IMG/VR virus record: IMGVR_UViG_3300030108_000869
Coordinates: 1-53,888 of that record
Source: a virus
Lineage: Duplodnaviria > Caudoviricetes
Strand: one strand, 5' to 3'
DNA length: 53,888 nucleotides
Shown in pieces: positions 16,701 through 26,271 of the stretch. Position 1 is the stretch's first letter. Each line of letters opens with the position of its first letter. The notes below the pieces were generated by a model. The model was not told the origin of the DNA, did no database searches, and saw only the letters and a list, made by a program, of their open reading frames with translations. A program made the position numbers and the translations under genes.

Positions 16701-17445
16701 TACCTTGAATATAAAATTGTTCAGTTACTAAACCCATAGTTGTTAATAAATCGTTATCTAGTTGTACTAAACCTTGATCATCAATTAAACCTGCATCTAA
16801 TACTTCAGGATGATATAGTATAGCTTTATTACTCATTTCAATAGTAGAGTTTCTTAATAGCGGAAACTTAGTAGTTAGCTCAACATCCATTGGATCTTTA
16901 CCAGTTTTTTTAGCTTCATTTGCTCTTCTTCTCGCAGTAAAAGTTGCTTCCCAACTATTAGTATCTGTTAAAGTTTCTCTTTCTAATCTACCAAAAGCTG
17001 TTCCACCAACATTAATACCTTGTAAGTTTTTAGCTCTCATCATAGGACCAACCATAGCTGAATCAGTTCCATTAATAACTGCATCTAATCCATCAAATGT
17101 AACTACACCTTGAGTCTCAGGTATAGACTTAACTCTTTCTCGCTCTCTTTGCTGAGCTTCAATAGATATACTTTCTCCAGGAGCAGGCTTAGTTATTTGA
17201 TCTGGTATTTCAATTTGTGCTGATGGTTCTGCACTACCCTGTTCAGGTTGCTCTGTAATACCGGGATCTTGTAAATCCGCACTCATAACTTTAGCAACAT
17301 CTTGCTGTTTTGTAAAAGTATCTTCAGCAATGGTAGGCATAAACCCTGCTAACGGTAAGTTTTTAGATTTTTCTAATATATCCGTAGGTAAATTGCCCTG
17401 AGTTATTGAAGGGGTTTTTCCTGGTACATTAACATTTATTGCCAT
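13750..17445 (-). CDS. N4-type virion RNA polymerase, stand-alone (about 1231 aa)
   Basis: TGRMH..YNPQ, TLEMDGKTHGP (A), RENFLKKSPMTMGYG (B), TQGFD..VLPIFDAF (C); AAGGAG RBS before MAINVNV. Confidence 0.85.
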   Translation of the reverse strand: MAINVNVPGKTPSITQGNLPTDILEKSKNLPLAGFMPTIAEDTFTKQQDVAKVMSADLQDPGITEQPEQGSAEPSAQIEIPDQITKPAPGESISIEAQQRERERVKSIPETQGVVTFDGLDAVINGTDSAMVGPMMRAKNLQGINVGGTAFGRLERETLTDTNSWEATFTARRRANEAKKTGKDPMDVELTTKFPLLRNSTIEMSNKAILYHPEVLDAGLIDDQGLVQLDNDLLTTMGLVTEQFYIQGMYTTDNKSAEAMDETELAEGNVAKQIKYSKAQGRAQLGREVFKQYKRLQADKRGLPTDTYAANMQSIPNHVFVQIGDLAKEAYYKANSDMLTRSLENGQVTFTLTPKGSGIFENLYHMYSGLFGRQEVPPGVAPSEDGQMVFEGQTYTRKVTTQIGDLGDTTKVFEAMSNMNKVAFVNDPRREATSVMLFMLALANAGRPEKVQDNQEPMYRSNPTTDDYANMFKIGKEKYQNLVSEKAKLFNAAERAEQQGKVNKAASLRAQAEAYDPINILNLERENAIGIVEGMLRYSGKANYLNFAMQALTGRMHAQQTVYNPQAKKIIRSVVGSGNVYQWIPGQGKLDTTFIEAMSAHLFENPKLSGMDVNFKKKYGIARTPEERIRVFKQEELNAETNPANSLYMKYVGMGEELIKLTRNYKTKNAQGLLTRFKNATSPGEVRGIKQAIGQQFGGDPMTQGLKAYLAKYEDEAVLQADYLMALADYHRVKQANLKNPSSPQTFKSSITLEMDGKTHGPSTMAVLLGSTNMAKRSGIIMDQNFEKMVESGEYADLRDAMADTMRKKFNVITQGVTYINHENQDVYRDILDAAINDRENFLKKSPMTMGYGQEIGSLVGHVDNAVFMSSDIQDMIRDHNLNTNEVVEFLHTILVDSIFETMDPETLAAARLIKANAFMSAISGSLMKIKQPTGILSTIAGTDSLQDAATQYELDGKPVTVQQYKTLTNPGASRRLFGETEIAGAFTTGRLLPALTQGFDANMITRTFTDSWSAIQQAAKSNGASNTFVLPIFDAFLTDLGTIDIVRKEANKHHKESLIKEDFLEKVTGYYNNKFKSDLNKIPDNEIFDTTEEASKFKVISELFEVSETNRSATGTSKGIAQMLRALGFGKYNWNRQETLAEWNDRISRESFIDSKIIEAKLDKMLNKKISTNLDKLTGKEIKTIIKEIDSALQIAARNKGAEKIIGDRRSAVRSIVDSDMKTVNVDHNT

Positions 17446-17455
17446 ATAATTCTCC

Positions 17456-20400
17456 TTATGCAAATAGCTCGGCTATATTTCTGTTAAGCTGGTTAACAGG
17501 TCCGATAATAGGCATAGTCTTTAGTATTTTATAAATACCTGTTTCAGTTTTCCCTTCTATAACTTGACCAACACCTGTAGCAGCTCTAGTTATATTTGAT
17601 AACGCAGCTGCTTCTCCTGATACTGTTTGAAATAATTCTTCTACCATATTACTTGATGATGTTTCATATATTGGAAAGAAGAAATTTAAAGGTCTTTCAG
17701 CTACACCAATTAATCCTGATGCACCTATACCTCTTTGAATTACTTCAGCTCTATCTAAATACGGTGTAGCCATACCATATTTTAATAGATCTTTTAAATA
17801 CTGTGATACAAATCCTAGCATAACCATTGTTGTCATAACTGCAAAAGCATTATACTTCATTGCAGGTGTACCACGTTTAACGTAGTCACCCCACATTCTA
17901 GGTATTTGGTTAGCTGTAAATGTAGCTATAAAACCTTGGAACTGTGTAAACAAAGCTATATGTGGATTATTATAAAACAATGGTCTGTTAGCTGTTCCAG
18001 GTAATGCAATTGCTTCATTAACAAAATTATACTGAGCATGCATAAATATTCTATCTAGCTCTGCATCTGTTTGTGATCTTCTTAATCTATAATCTTGTAT
18101 GCTTTCATTTGGCTTTACACCAACTGGTTGATTAGATAATTCTAAAAGTCTACCAACATTAATACCTAAGTTTCTTAATTGTTCTTCTGCTTCTTGTACT
18201 TCATTAGTTTTAGGTTCACCACTTTGCCTAGCAATTTGTATAGTATTTAAGTGATCTAAAATAAAACTGTCTGCAATACTAGCTCTTATATTACGTGTGT
18301 AATCTGTCCATTGCTGCAAACCAATAACTCTAAAGTATTTATCTAATAAATATCTTGAAGCATAAGTATTTTCAGTGGCACCTGTAGTTTGTGATGCACC
18401 AACATCCCAATCAAAGAATCCTAACTTCTGTAAGCGAGCTTGTCTTTTTTCTTTATTAAGTCTTGCTTGTGTAGAGTTAATACCAGGATTTGTTATACCA
18501 CTCCATAGTGCTTGTGCAAATTCTTTAGCAGCTGTAGCTATTACTGTACGTATTTGTTCAGGAGTTAAAGCTCTCATAGTCATCATAAATTCTACAAAAG
18601 ATGATACAGTTGCTAATGGTAATCCTGCAAGTGTAGTCCATACTAATATTTTCTTTTGTATATTTTCTAATGTTTTATTTTCTATTCTTTTATAGTTACC
18701 TGATTCAGCTTGTAAGTAATTTCTTAAGCCTGCTGCTATTCTGTTAGCTCTTTCTTCAGATAAACCCTCAGCTTTAGCTTCTCTTAATAGCTGTGCAAAA
18801 ACTTCATTATTATCACCAAGAAACTTTTCATATGCTATAAATCTTGTAGCTGATTTAGCTGCATTAGATATGTTTACAAAATGATCTTCTTCCATAAATT
18901 GATCAAATCTAGTACGCTCTGATAAACCTAATGATCTTCTTTTAAATTGTGCGGGCACATGCTTACCTTTACCAACTTGAAATATACTTTCTTGATCTAC
19001 CATTTCATTATTATCAAGTATATCATTAGTTAAATCAGTAGCACTATCTAAAGTAAATCCAAATTCATCTTGTAATGCTTTAATAAATTCATTCTTTTTC
19101 TTTTCGATTTTAGATTTATTTAAAGATTTATATTTTAATAAATAGTTTTTAGTAAATCTTTCTTTACCATTATTATCTCTTAGTTTACTCTGTCTACCTG
19201 TACTAGTACCATCACTATATTCTTCTTCAGCTTTAACTTGATCATTAAATAATTTATTACCAAGTTTATTTATTTTTACATAGTATTCTCTAAGAAACTT
19301 TTCATTTGCTTTTAAATCAAACTCACCTTCAAAATCAGTTGGTAAAGTATTCCAATCTATATTCATTATTTTAGTAGGATCACCTTTAGAAACTAACCAT
19401 CTACCAAAAGCATATATTATTTTTGAATCTCTTATAGGATCTCTAGTTGATTTACCTAAAGCCTGAGCAACTTGAGAAGGTGTCATAGCCATGTTTTTAT
19501 ATTCTGCTAATTGAAGATGTTTGTATTCTTCAAATGTTTCACCCGAATGTATTCTATGCAAGTAACCATTTACTATTGAACCTAATTTTCTTATAGCTTT
19601 ACTTTGAAAAGAATCTTTCCAAAATAAATGAGGCATAGCACCTTTCCATAAGAATGGTAATTCTTTAGCAGTTTCTTTTACACTTGACCATATATCTCTA
19701 TCTTTAGCTTGCCTTTCACCAGCATCTGCCATAGTATTAAAATCATCAGACGGTGATAGTGGTCTAGCCCTAGCTTTTTTCTTAGCTTCTTCTGCTATAT
19801 CTTTATTACTTCTTTGTATACCATTATTTAAAGCCATTTCTTCTTCAGCCCATTTACCTTCTTGAGATAAACGTTTATCTTCAGCTGGCGCTTGTCTTAC
19901 AGCTACATCAGCCCATGCTCCCGCATTATAAGCTGTTCCAGGTACAGAAAATCCTGCACCTAAAGTTCCTCCTGCGATATAAGCATTAATTAATCTATTA
20001 GATAATTCAACAGAATCAAAAGGCTTATCACTACCATATACTGCTGCCATATAACCAGTAAGTTCCTGACCTAATTCAGTACTTGATTCTATACCAAATC
20101 CTCTAGCAGCATTCTTTGAAAAATTCTTTAATAAATTACCAAACTTTAATTGATCTTTTGCAACCTTTACTACATCACCTGCTAACTTTGCAGATTCTTT
20201 TCGAGTCATATTACCTATGGCAACTTTAGCCATATCATCAGTTGCTCCTGGGTTAGCTTGCTTGTATGCTTGTATCATATCATCTCTATACTTAGAATCT
20301 AATAAGGTACCCTTAGCACCTCCCATAAGTCCTTTAAGACCTAATCTATCTAAGACAGACATAGTAACACCAGCAGCTACAGCTAGGCTAGCATTCTTAT

Positions 20401-21553
20401 CTTCACCTTCCATTTCATTCCAGTTTTGTCCTGCATATACTGAAACAGGTGCAAGCATACTAACACCAACATTAGATAACGCAGCAACTCCTGTAGCACT
20501 TGCTAAAGATGTACCACCAGTTACTGGGGCTAATGCAGCACCACCTATAGTTACACCCATATAAGGTAAAGCCATAGCTGTCATGTTTCCCATATACTCA
20601 AAGAAACCGCCCACACCATCTATATCCCATTCATTTCCTATAACATTACCATCATTATCTAACTTATATTTTAGTATATTATTTTTTACTTCAGGTTTGT
20701 TAGCAAGATATTTGTGTTGTCTCTTAATACCTTCTTGACCAAGTTCTTCTAACCAATTAATACCAGTTTTTTCGCCAATCATATTAGCCATACCATAGGC
20801 ACCTTCAATAACACCAGTCCATCCTGTGTCAAAACTTTCAGACCAAGGATGAAGTGCTTTGTTTTGAAGTGTTCTATCGCTATGTCTTTTCTGAACTAAA
20901 CTATTACTATAATCTGCTGCTCTTCTTTTTCTTAAAGCATACATAGCATTTGATTCACCAGGTTGTCTTTCAGCATTTAATCTAGCTAATGTTTGTTCAT
21001 CAAGTGCTACTCTTTTAAATTCAGTTTCATAAAACTTTTCACTGTCTGCCATTTGATTAATAGCTATTCTTGCTTTATCAAACTGATCTAAGCTTTCATC
21101 TTGTAAATCAGGTGTACCTTCAGCTCTAAGCATTGCACCTATTTGTGCTGCTTGTATTTCTTCAGGTGAACTAAACCTATTTAGTTTACCTATACCATAT
21201 GAATTTAAAGTTTCTACAAAATCTCTACCATCTGGATCAGTAATTCTAACTAACTGTCTAGTACCAGTGGCATCCATCATAGGTGTACCATCTGGATTTG
21301 TAAGATAATGTACGTTATTAAAATCAAATTGTTCTGCTAGGTTTCTAATTTGTTTAGTAGCTTCCCAACCACCAGCAGTTCCAGGTTTTAAATTACCATC
21401 TATCATACGCATTATTTCGGGTGCACTCAAACCTTGTAGTCTAAGAAGATTACCTTCTTTATTTATAAGAGTATCACCATCAATAAAGCGATGTTCCATA
21501 TTATCTATAGGTGGTGGTTTATCAAAACCTGACACATCTATATTAATAGCCAT
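17456..21553 (-). CDS. large internal virion/ejection protein (gp16-like) with N-terminal SNase-like domain
   Basis: 1365 aa; IDGDT..RLQGLSAPE; C-terminal LFTQFQGF and hydrophobic helices. Confidence 0.7.
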   Translation of the reverse strand: MAINIDVSGFDKPPPIDNMEHRFIDGDTLINKEGNLLRLQGLSAPEIMRMIDGNLKPGTAGGWEATKQIRNLAEQFDFNNVHYLTNPDGTPMMDATGTRQLVRITDPDGRDFVETLNSYGIGKLNRFSSPEEIQAAQIGAMLRAEGTPDLQDESLDQFDKARIAINQMADSEKFYETEFKRVALDEQTLARLNAERQPGESNAMYALRKRRAADYSNSLVQKRHSDRTLQNKALHPWSESFDTGWTGVIEGAYGMANMIGEKTGINWLEELGQEGIKRQHKYLANKPEVKNNILKYKLDNDGNVIGNEWDIDGVGGFFEYMGNMTAMALPYMGVTIGGAALAPVTGGTSLASATGVAALSNVGVSMLAPVSVYAGQNWNEMEGEDKNASLAVAAGVTMSVLDRLGLKGLMGGAKGTLLDSKYRDDMIQAYKQANPGATDDMAKVAIGNMTRKESAKLAGDVVKVAKDQLKFGNLLKNFSKNAARGFGIESSTELGQELTGYMAAVYGSDKPFDSVELSNRLINAYIAGGTLGAGFSVPGTAYNAGAWADVAVRQAPAEDKRLSQEGKWAEEEMALNNGIQRSNKDIAEEAKKKARARPLSPSDDFNTMADAGERQAKDRDIWSSVKETAKELPFLWKGAMPHLFWKDSFQSKAIRKLGSIVNGYLHRIHSGETFEEYKHLQLAEYKNMAMTPSQVAQALGKSTRDPIRDSKIIYAFGRWLVSKGDPTKIMNIDWNTLPTDFEGEFDLKANEKFLREYYVKINKLGNKLFNDQVKAEEEYSDGTSTGRQSKLRDNNGKERFTKNYLLKYKSLNKSKIEKKKNEFIKALQDEFGFTLDSATDLTNDILDNNEMVDQESIFQVGKGKHVPAQFKRRSLGLSERTRFDQFMEEDHFVNISNAAKSATRFIAYEKFLGDNNEVFAQLLREAKAEGLSEERANRIAAGLRNYLQAESGNYKRIENKTLENIQKKILVWTTLAGLPLATVSSFVEFMMTMRALTPEQIRTVIATAAKEFAQALWSGITNPGINSTQARLNKEKRQARLQKLGFFDWDVGASQTTGATENTYASRYLLDKYFRVIGLQQWTDYTRNIRASIADSFILDHLNTIQIARQSGEPKTNEVQEAEEQLRNLGINVGRLLELSNQPVGVKPNESIQDYRLRRSQTDAELDRIFMHAQYNFVNEAIALPGTANRPLFYNNPHIALFTQFQGFIATFTANQIPRMWGDYVKRGTPAMKYNAFAVMTTMVMLGFVSQYLKDLLKYGMATPYLDRAEVIQRGIGASGLIGVAERPLNFFFPIYETSSSNMVEELFQTVSGEAAALSNITRAATGVGQVIEGKTETGIYKILKTMPIIGPVNQLNRNIAELFA

Positions 21554-24500
21554 TAGTTAACTCCACTTAGTTTATTAGTAATATCAATTACAAATAATGC
21601 ATACGGTGTTAGTCCTTCATTTTCAGGTTTCTTTGCAGCTTCTTCATATTCTTTTCGCCATAATTTACCTGTGTCTGGATTAATACCTTTAGGTTTACCA
21701 TCTTTAGTTGTGCCACGGTTATTCCAAATATCGGCTGCTTCATTATAAAATTGATTAATATCCTGAGATACTGATTTAACTCTATCATTAATATTCATTA
21801 GAGTATCTGTATCTACTTGAACAACTTCATCTCCAACTTTAGCTTGAGTTAAACCTGGAACCATTATATCTAATCTTTGTTTTATAGTAGCTTCTTCTAA
21901 GTAAGGTATAAGTGATTCAGCTTTAGAAGGTGGCTTACCATCTGGAGGATTAGTAAAGTTTTCAGCAGCAGCTATAACTGCCATTTTTAAACCAGGACCT
22001 AATCTTTGTAATGATATACCATTTTCTTGTGCCCAAAAAGCAATTTCTTCAGCTGAATTAGCAGGTGTTAAGTTAGTATAGTCCTCATATATTTTAGCTT
22101 TTGTTGTTTTATTAACACCAGTTAGCTTACGTGCATGCTTATTTAAAAGCTCTTCCATTTGATCTTTAATATTAGGAATCTTTTTTCTAGCTGCCTCATT
22201 AAATTGATCACTACCTTTTACTTTACTACCATCTTCACTATAGCCTGCACCTATTCTGCTCTTACCATTTATATCAAATGACCAGTAAGTAAGATCACCT
22301 TCACCTGTTTTAATTTTAAACTGATAAGCCATTCTACCAGAAGGCCCAGTGTCTTTACCAAACCATGGTTTTCTTTCACCAGTACTTCTAACCTTTGCAC
22401 CTTTAGGTATTAATGTGCTATAGTCACCTCGAGAATCTTTAAATGCTTGTAAAGATATAGGCTCAAACTTATCTGCATTATCAGCTATATACTTATCTAT
22501 TTGAGCTGTCTTAGCATCTACTCTTTTAAGATACTGTTTAGCAACATAGTTAATTGAGCTGTTATGGTCATAACCTAATGCTCTTGAACCTAAGTAAACA
22601 GCAGCAGCCCTTCCAATTTCTTTAGCATCTATAAGATCACCAAATAAAAACTTCATAGCATCTTTAGCTTTTTGTACATTAGGATTCTTTGGATCATTAG
22701 CTCCAGATGTATTTATAATACTTGCATTATTAGCTAAGTCGGTAGAAATCTTATTAGCTGTTGCATCATCTATTTTACTAGCAGCATTATTTAAATTAGC
22801 TTCAGATTCATTAGCCTCAGCTTTATTTATTATATTAGTTATTTTAGCTGACTCAGTTTTTTCGTATTCTGCTTTAAGAGCATTTAGTCTTTCTTGAGCT
22901 AAATCTTTTTCAGATTTAGTAGCATCTTTATCTGTTAATATTTTTTCATTTTTTTGTATTGCCATTATAAGATCTGCATCCTTAACCTTTGCTTTAAATA
23001 AAGGTTCCGGACCTTCTCCAGGTGCTACAGCTAATTTAGTAGCTAGCATTGATTCTTCTTCAGATAATTTATTTTCAAAATCTAATATTTCTTTTCTAAG
23101 TCGTGCTACTTTTTCTGCATACTTAGGATCATTAGGATTTAAATTAGTAATTGATTTATCTCTATCTTTTATTCGCGATTTTAATCCTTTAATTGAGCTT
23201 CTTACAGCACCTATCTCACGCTTATCATTTTTTGCAAAAGCATCATCATAAATATTTCTTCTTGGAAGATTTATTATATCACCAGTATCATCATCATACA
23301 TATTTTCATCTACTGCCTCATATGGTGGTGGCATTTCCATACCTAATTCTTCCATACCTAATCCTTGAGGATCATATGAATAATTTCCTACAAATGTTTG
23401 TTGATCTAATGGTAACATATCAGATACATCTTCTTCAAAACCTGTAACTTTAGTATTACTTCTACCAATAGGATCTGGAATATTACTTTCCATAACCATA
23501 TCATCAGCACCAAAAGGTATAGGTTTAATTATTTCCGGTACACTTGGAGAATCTTCAAATGATATAGTTGTTGAATCATCTTCAGGTACTTGAACAGAAC
23601 TTAACGGATTATCATTTAATATTTCATTAGCTTTAGCTACATTTTGTTGTGAATCAAATATAAGCTTCATTATATCATCATCCATTGCAGAAGTAGTTTG
23701 ACCTGTAGTTCCATATATTTTACCACCAGGATCTAAGTGCACTGCACCACCTTCTTTAAAAGGATTTACTTTTTCTGGCTTAGTAAACTTAAAACCAATA
23801 TCATTTGGATCTATAAAATCTTTTACACTTTCAACAATGCTAGTAGCTTTTTCTTTAATACCACTAAAGGGATTAGGAATGTTAAGACTAAATCCATCTG
23901 AACTGGGAGGCACTTGTATTCCTGCCTCTCTATACTTATCATAAACTGAAGGATCACCAAATACTTTATTATCTATTAATTCTTTTATTTCTTCAGCTTT
24001 ATTAGCTCTTCTATCGGCATGAGGAATACCTGGTTTTAAATGTTTATTCATTATATCTAAAGCTATAGCTTTAGCATCTTTATTAGCAAATGACTCTTGT
24101 AAATTTTCAGCATTTGTTTTACCTATCCTAAAACCACTTTCATTTTTAGGATGAGGTACAGCATCTTTATTATATATACTTTGTACAAAATAATCTAACT
24201 GAGAAGCCATAGAATCTTTTTTATTATTTGCTTTTAAATAATTTAAATAAGGTTTCTTTTGTTCATCAAATTGAAATAGTCCCATACCTGGGCCCATTTG
24301 ATCACCAGTATTTTCATTTTGTCTAGTAGTGTACTCATAAGTATAACCAGTTTCTACACCTATATTACCCATAATACCCGCAATAGCATCATCAGTTAAC
24401 TGGGGATAGTTTTCTTTTAAGTAATTATAAATATCAGATTGTCTGCTTCTTTTATTTTTAAATTTCTCTCCAGCTATAACATCTTTACTAGGCTTAGGTA

Positions 24501-24792
24501 CAGGCATGCCAACTTCTGCATACTCAGGTTTCATATTTTGTATTTCTCTACCGTGGTCATTCATCTTTTTAATTATAGGACCGTATATATCTGTAGCTTC
24601 TTTGTTTACTACAAACTCACCAGGAGTAAGCCAAGCTGGTACAGTGTCAGTACCTTTAGGTTCTCCAGGATGATCATACATAGGTATTGAGGAAGTCATA
24701 GGAGGAACTTCCATTTGTCCTTCTGTAATATCAAACTCGAAAGACCTCATATTCCCATAGCGATCTTTTTGTGTAAACTTCTTTAACTTCAT
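21553..24792 (-). CDS. internal virion/ejection protein with phage tail lysozyme domain
   Basis: AIAGIMGNIGVETG..GMGLFQF lysozyme motif; GTDTVPAWLTPGEFVV. Confidence 0.75.
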   Translation of the reverse strand: MKLKKFTQKDRYGNMRSFEFDITEGQMEVPPMTSSIPMYDHPGEPKGTDTVPAWLTPGEFVVNKEATDIYGPIIKKMNDHGREIQNMKPEYAEVGMPVPKPSKDVIAGEKFKNKRSRQSDIYNYLKENYPQLTDDAIAGIMGNIGVETGYTYEYTTRQNENTGDQMGPGMGLFQFDEQKKPYLNYLKANNKKDSMASQLDYFVQSIYNKDAVPHPKNESGFRIGKTNAENLQESFANKDAKAIALDIMNKHLKPGIPHADRRANKAEEIKELIDNKVFGDPSVYDKYREAGIQVPPSSDGFSLNIPNPFSGIKEKATSIVESVKDFIDPNDIGFKFTKPEKVNPFKEGGAVHLDPGGKIYGTTGQTTSAMDDDIMKLIFDSQQNVAKANEILNDNPLSSVQVPEDDSTTISFEDSPSVPEIIKPIPFGADDMVMESNIPDPIGRSNTKVTGFEEDVSDMLPLDQQTFVGNYSYDPQGLGMEELGMEMPPPYEAVDENMYDDDTGDIINLPRRNIYDDAFAKNDKREIGAVRSSIKGLKSRIKDRDKSITNLNPNDPKYAEKVARLRKEILDFENKLSEEESMLATKLAVAPGEGPEPLFKAKVKDADLIMAIQKNEKILTDKDATKSEKDLAQERLNALKAEYEKTESAKITNIINKAEANESEANLNNAASKIDDATANKISTDLANNASIINTSGANDPKNPNVQKAKDAMKFLFGDLIDAKEIGRAAAVYLGSRALGYDHNSSINYVAKQYLKRVDAKTAQIDKYIADNADKFEPISLQAFKDSRGDYSTLIPKGAKVRSTGERKPWFGKDTGPSGRMAYQFKIKTGEGDLTYWSFDINGKSRIGAGYSEDGSKVKGSDQFNEAARKKIPNIKDQMEELLNKHARKLTGVNKTTKAKIYEDYTNLTPANSAEEIAFWAQENGISLQRLGPGLKMAVIAAAENFTNPPDGKPPSKAESLIPYLEEATIKQRLDIMVPGLTQAKVGDEVVQVDTDTLMNINDRVKSVSQDINQFYNEAADIWNNRGTTKDGKPKGINPDTGKLWRKEYEEAAKKPENEGLTPYALFVIDITNKLSGVN

Positions 24793-24793
24793 A

Positions 24794-25228
24794 CTAAGCT
24801 CCTTTAGCTAACGGTCCGTATGTAACTTCTATTTCCTCAGAGACTTCGCCTCCACCTCTTTTATATCTTATCTTTGATAAAGGTCCCATCATCATTTCTG
24901 GTACCATACCACCATGATTAAACAAACCAAATGCTTTACCTGCAAGTAAGCCTAAGCCTACATAAGGTACAGCAGTTCCTAGTGCACCTAATGCACCCAT
25001 ACCACCAGTAGCAGCAGCTCCAGAACCTCCAAACAAACTACTTGACATTAGTTTACCTGCAGCAGCTTCACCTAATTTACCAGCAGCTGCACTACCTGCA
25101 GTTGAAGCAATAGTTTCCATAACACCTGGTTGTTGTGCTTGCATTGGTCCGGGATTTGGTTGAAATCTAGCAGCTTGTAGATTTTTTAATTGTTCCTCGT
25201 CAGATGGTCTTGCTAATTGTACAACCAT
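24794..25228 (-). CDS. small Gly/Ala-rich internal virion protein
   Basis: composition and position before ejection genes. Confidence 0.6.
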   Translation of the reverse strand: MVVQLARPSDEEQLKNLQAARFQPNPGPMQAQQPGVMETIASTAGSAAAGKLGEAAAGKLMSSSLFGGSGAAATGGMGALGALGTAVPYVGLGLLAGKAFGLFNHGGMVPEMMMGPLSKIRYKRGGGEVSEEIEVTYGPLAKGA

Positions 25229-25794
25229 TATTTACCTCCTCCACCAGTAGTAGTTTGAGTTTGTTGCTGAGGTGCTGAACCTAAATAGCCAAAGTATCTT
25301 GAAGCTACAGTACCAGGAGCATCTAACTTCTGTTGTTCATATGCTTGTCGTGTACTACCAACTTCACCAAGTCCTTTAGTACCTAATGCCATATCTTTTA
25401 CTCTTTGTTGTTGTATTTGCATTGATCTATCTGCTAATGCACCTGTTAAAGCTGCTTGATTACGAGCAGATCCTAATGATCCACCCATAGCTGCCCGACC
25501 TGCTGCAGTACCTGCAAGATTAGCCATATCTCTTTGAGTTGCACCTGTGTAATCAAATGCTCCTGTTCCTGCTATAGCTTGCTCAGATAATGCTTGCTGT
25601 GCTTTAAGTGCTGACTCTTGAGCAGGATCCAATGCAGCTACAACGCTGCTTGTATCACCTTCTTCAAGTTTACCAATATCACTTTCGTATCTATCAGTTA
25701 CATCACTTAGTACTCTTTCTAAATAAGGCTTGAACTCTGGATCAATACCTGATTGAGTAACTGTTTGTTGGGGTGCGCGTCTTCCTCCGCCCAT
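25228..25794 (-). CDS. internal virion/DNA transfer protein
   Basis: MGGG start, Gln/Ala/Gly rich, ends GGGGK. Confidence 0.6.
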   Translation of the reverse strand: MGGGRRAPQQTVTQSGIDPEFKPYLERVLSDVTDRYESDIGKLEEGDTSSVVAALDPAQESALKAQQALSEQAIAGTGAFDYTGATQRDMANLAGTAAGRAAMGGSLGSARNQAALTGALADRSMQIQQQRVKDMALGTKGLGEVGSTRQAYEQQKLDAPGTVASRYFGYLGSAPQQQTQTTTGGGGK

Positions 25795-25797
25795 AAT

Positions 25798-26271
25798 TTA
25801 TTCTCCTATGACACCTCTTATTGAGGTATTTAATTTAGCATTATATCTTTTTGCTAATAGTTTACCATATCTCAATGAATCACTTTCCCCTCTCACTGAG
25901 TCTGCCCTCCAGTGTTTACCACCATGTTTCTTAGTATGCTCTATCATAGCATCAAATAATCTATATACTATAAAAGCATTATTTTTATTTTTTAAATTTA
26001 CAATACAATCTTTAACATCCATTACATAAGTATTATTATAGTAGTTAACATATGCATGCGCTGTTAAAAATCCTTGTATGTTCTGTTCTGTAAAATCACC
26101 TATAGCTAAATAGTGTGGATTTGTTTTTTGTTTTTCAACTATATCTAAAAAGTATCTCATCCATACTGCTTCGTTATAATTAAAACCATAAAACTCACCG
26201 TTAATTGTAACATATTCTTTCATTAAACGTATTGCGTCTAATGTATCATTGTCCTCTATTAATCTTATCAT
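25798..26271 (-). CDS. GNAT-fold virion assembly protein
   Basis: MIRLIE start, beta-alpha pattern, position between tail and ejection genes. Confidence 0.5.
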   Translation of the reverse strand: MIRLIEDNDTLDAIRLMKEYVTINGEFYGFNYNEAVWMRYFLDIVEKQKTNPHYLAIGDFTEQNIQGFLTAHAYVNYYNNTYVMDVKDCIVNLKNKNNAFIVYRLFDAMIEHTKKHGGKHWRADSVRGESDSLRYGKLLAKRYNAKLNTSIRGVIGE

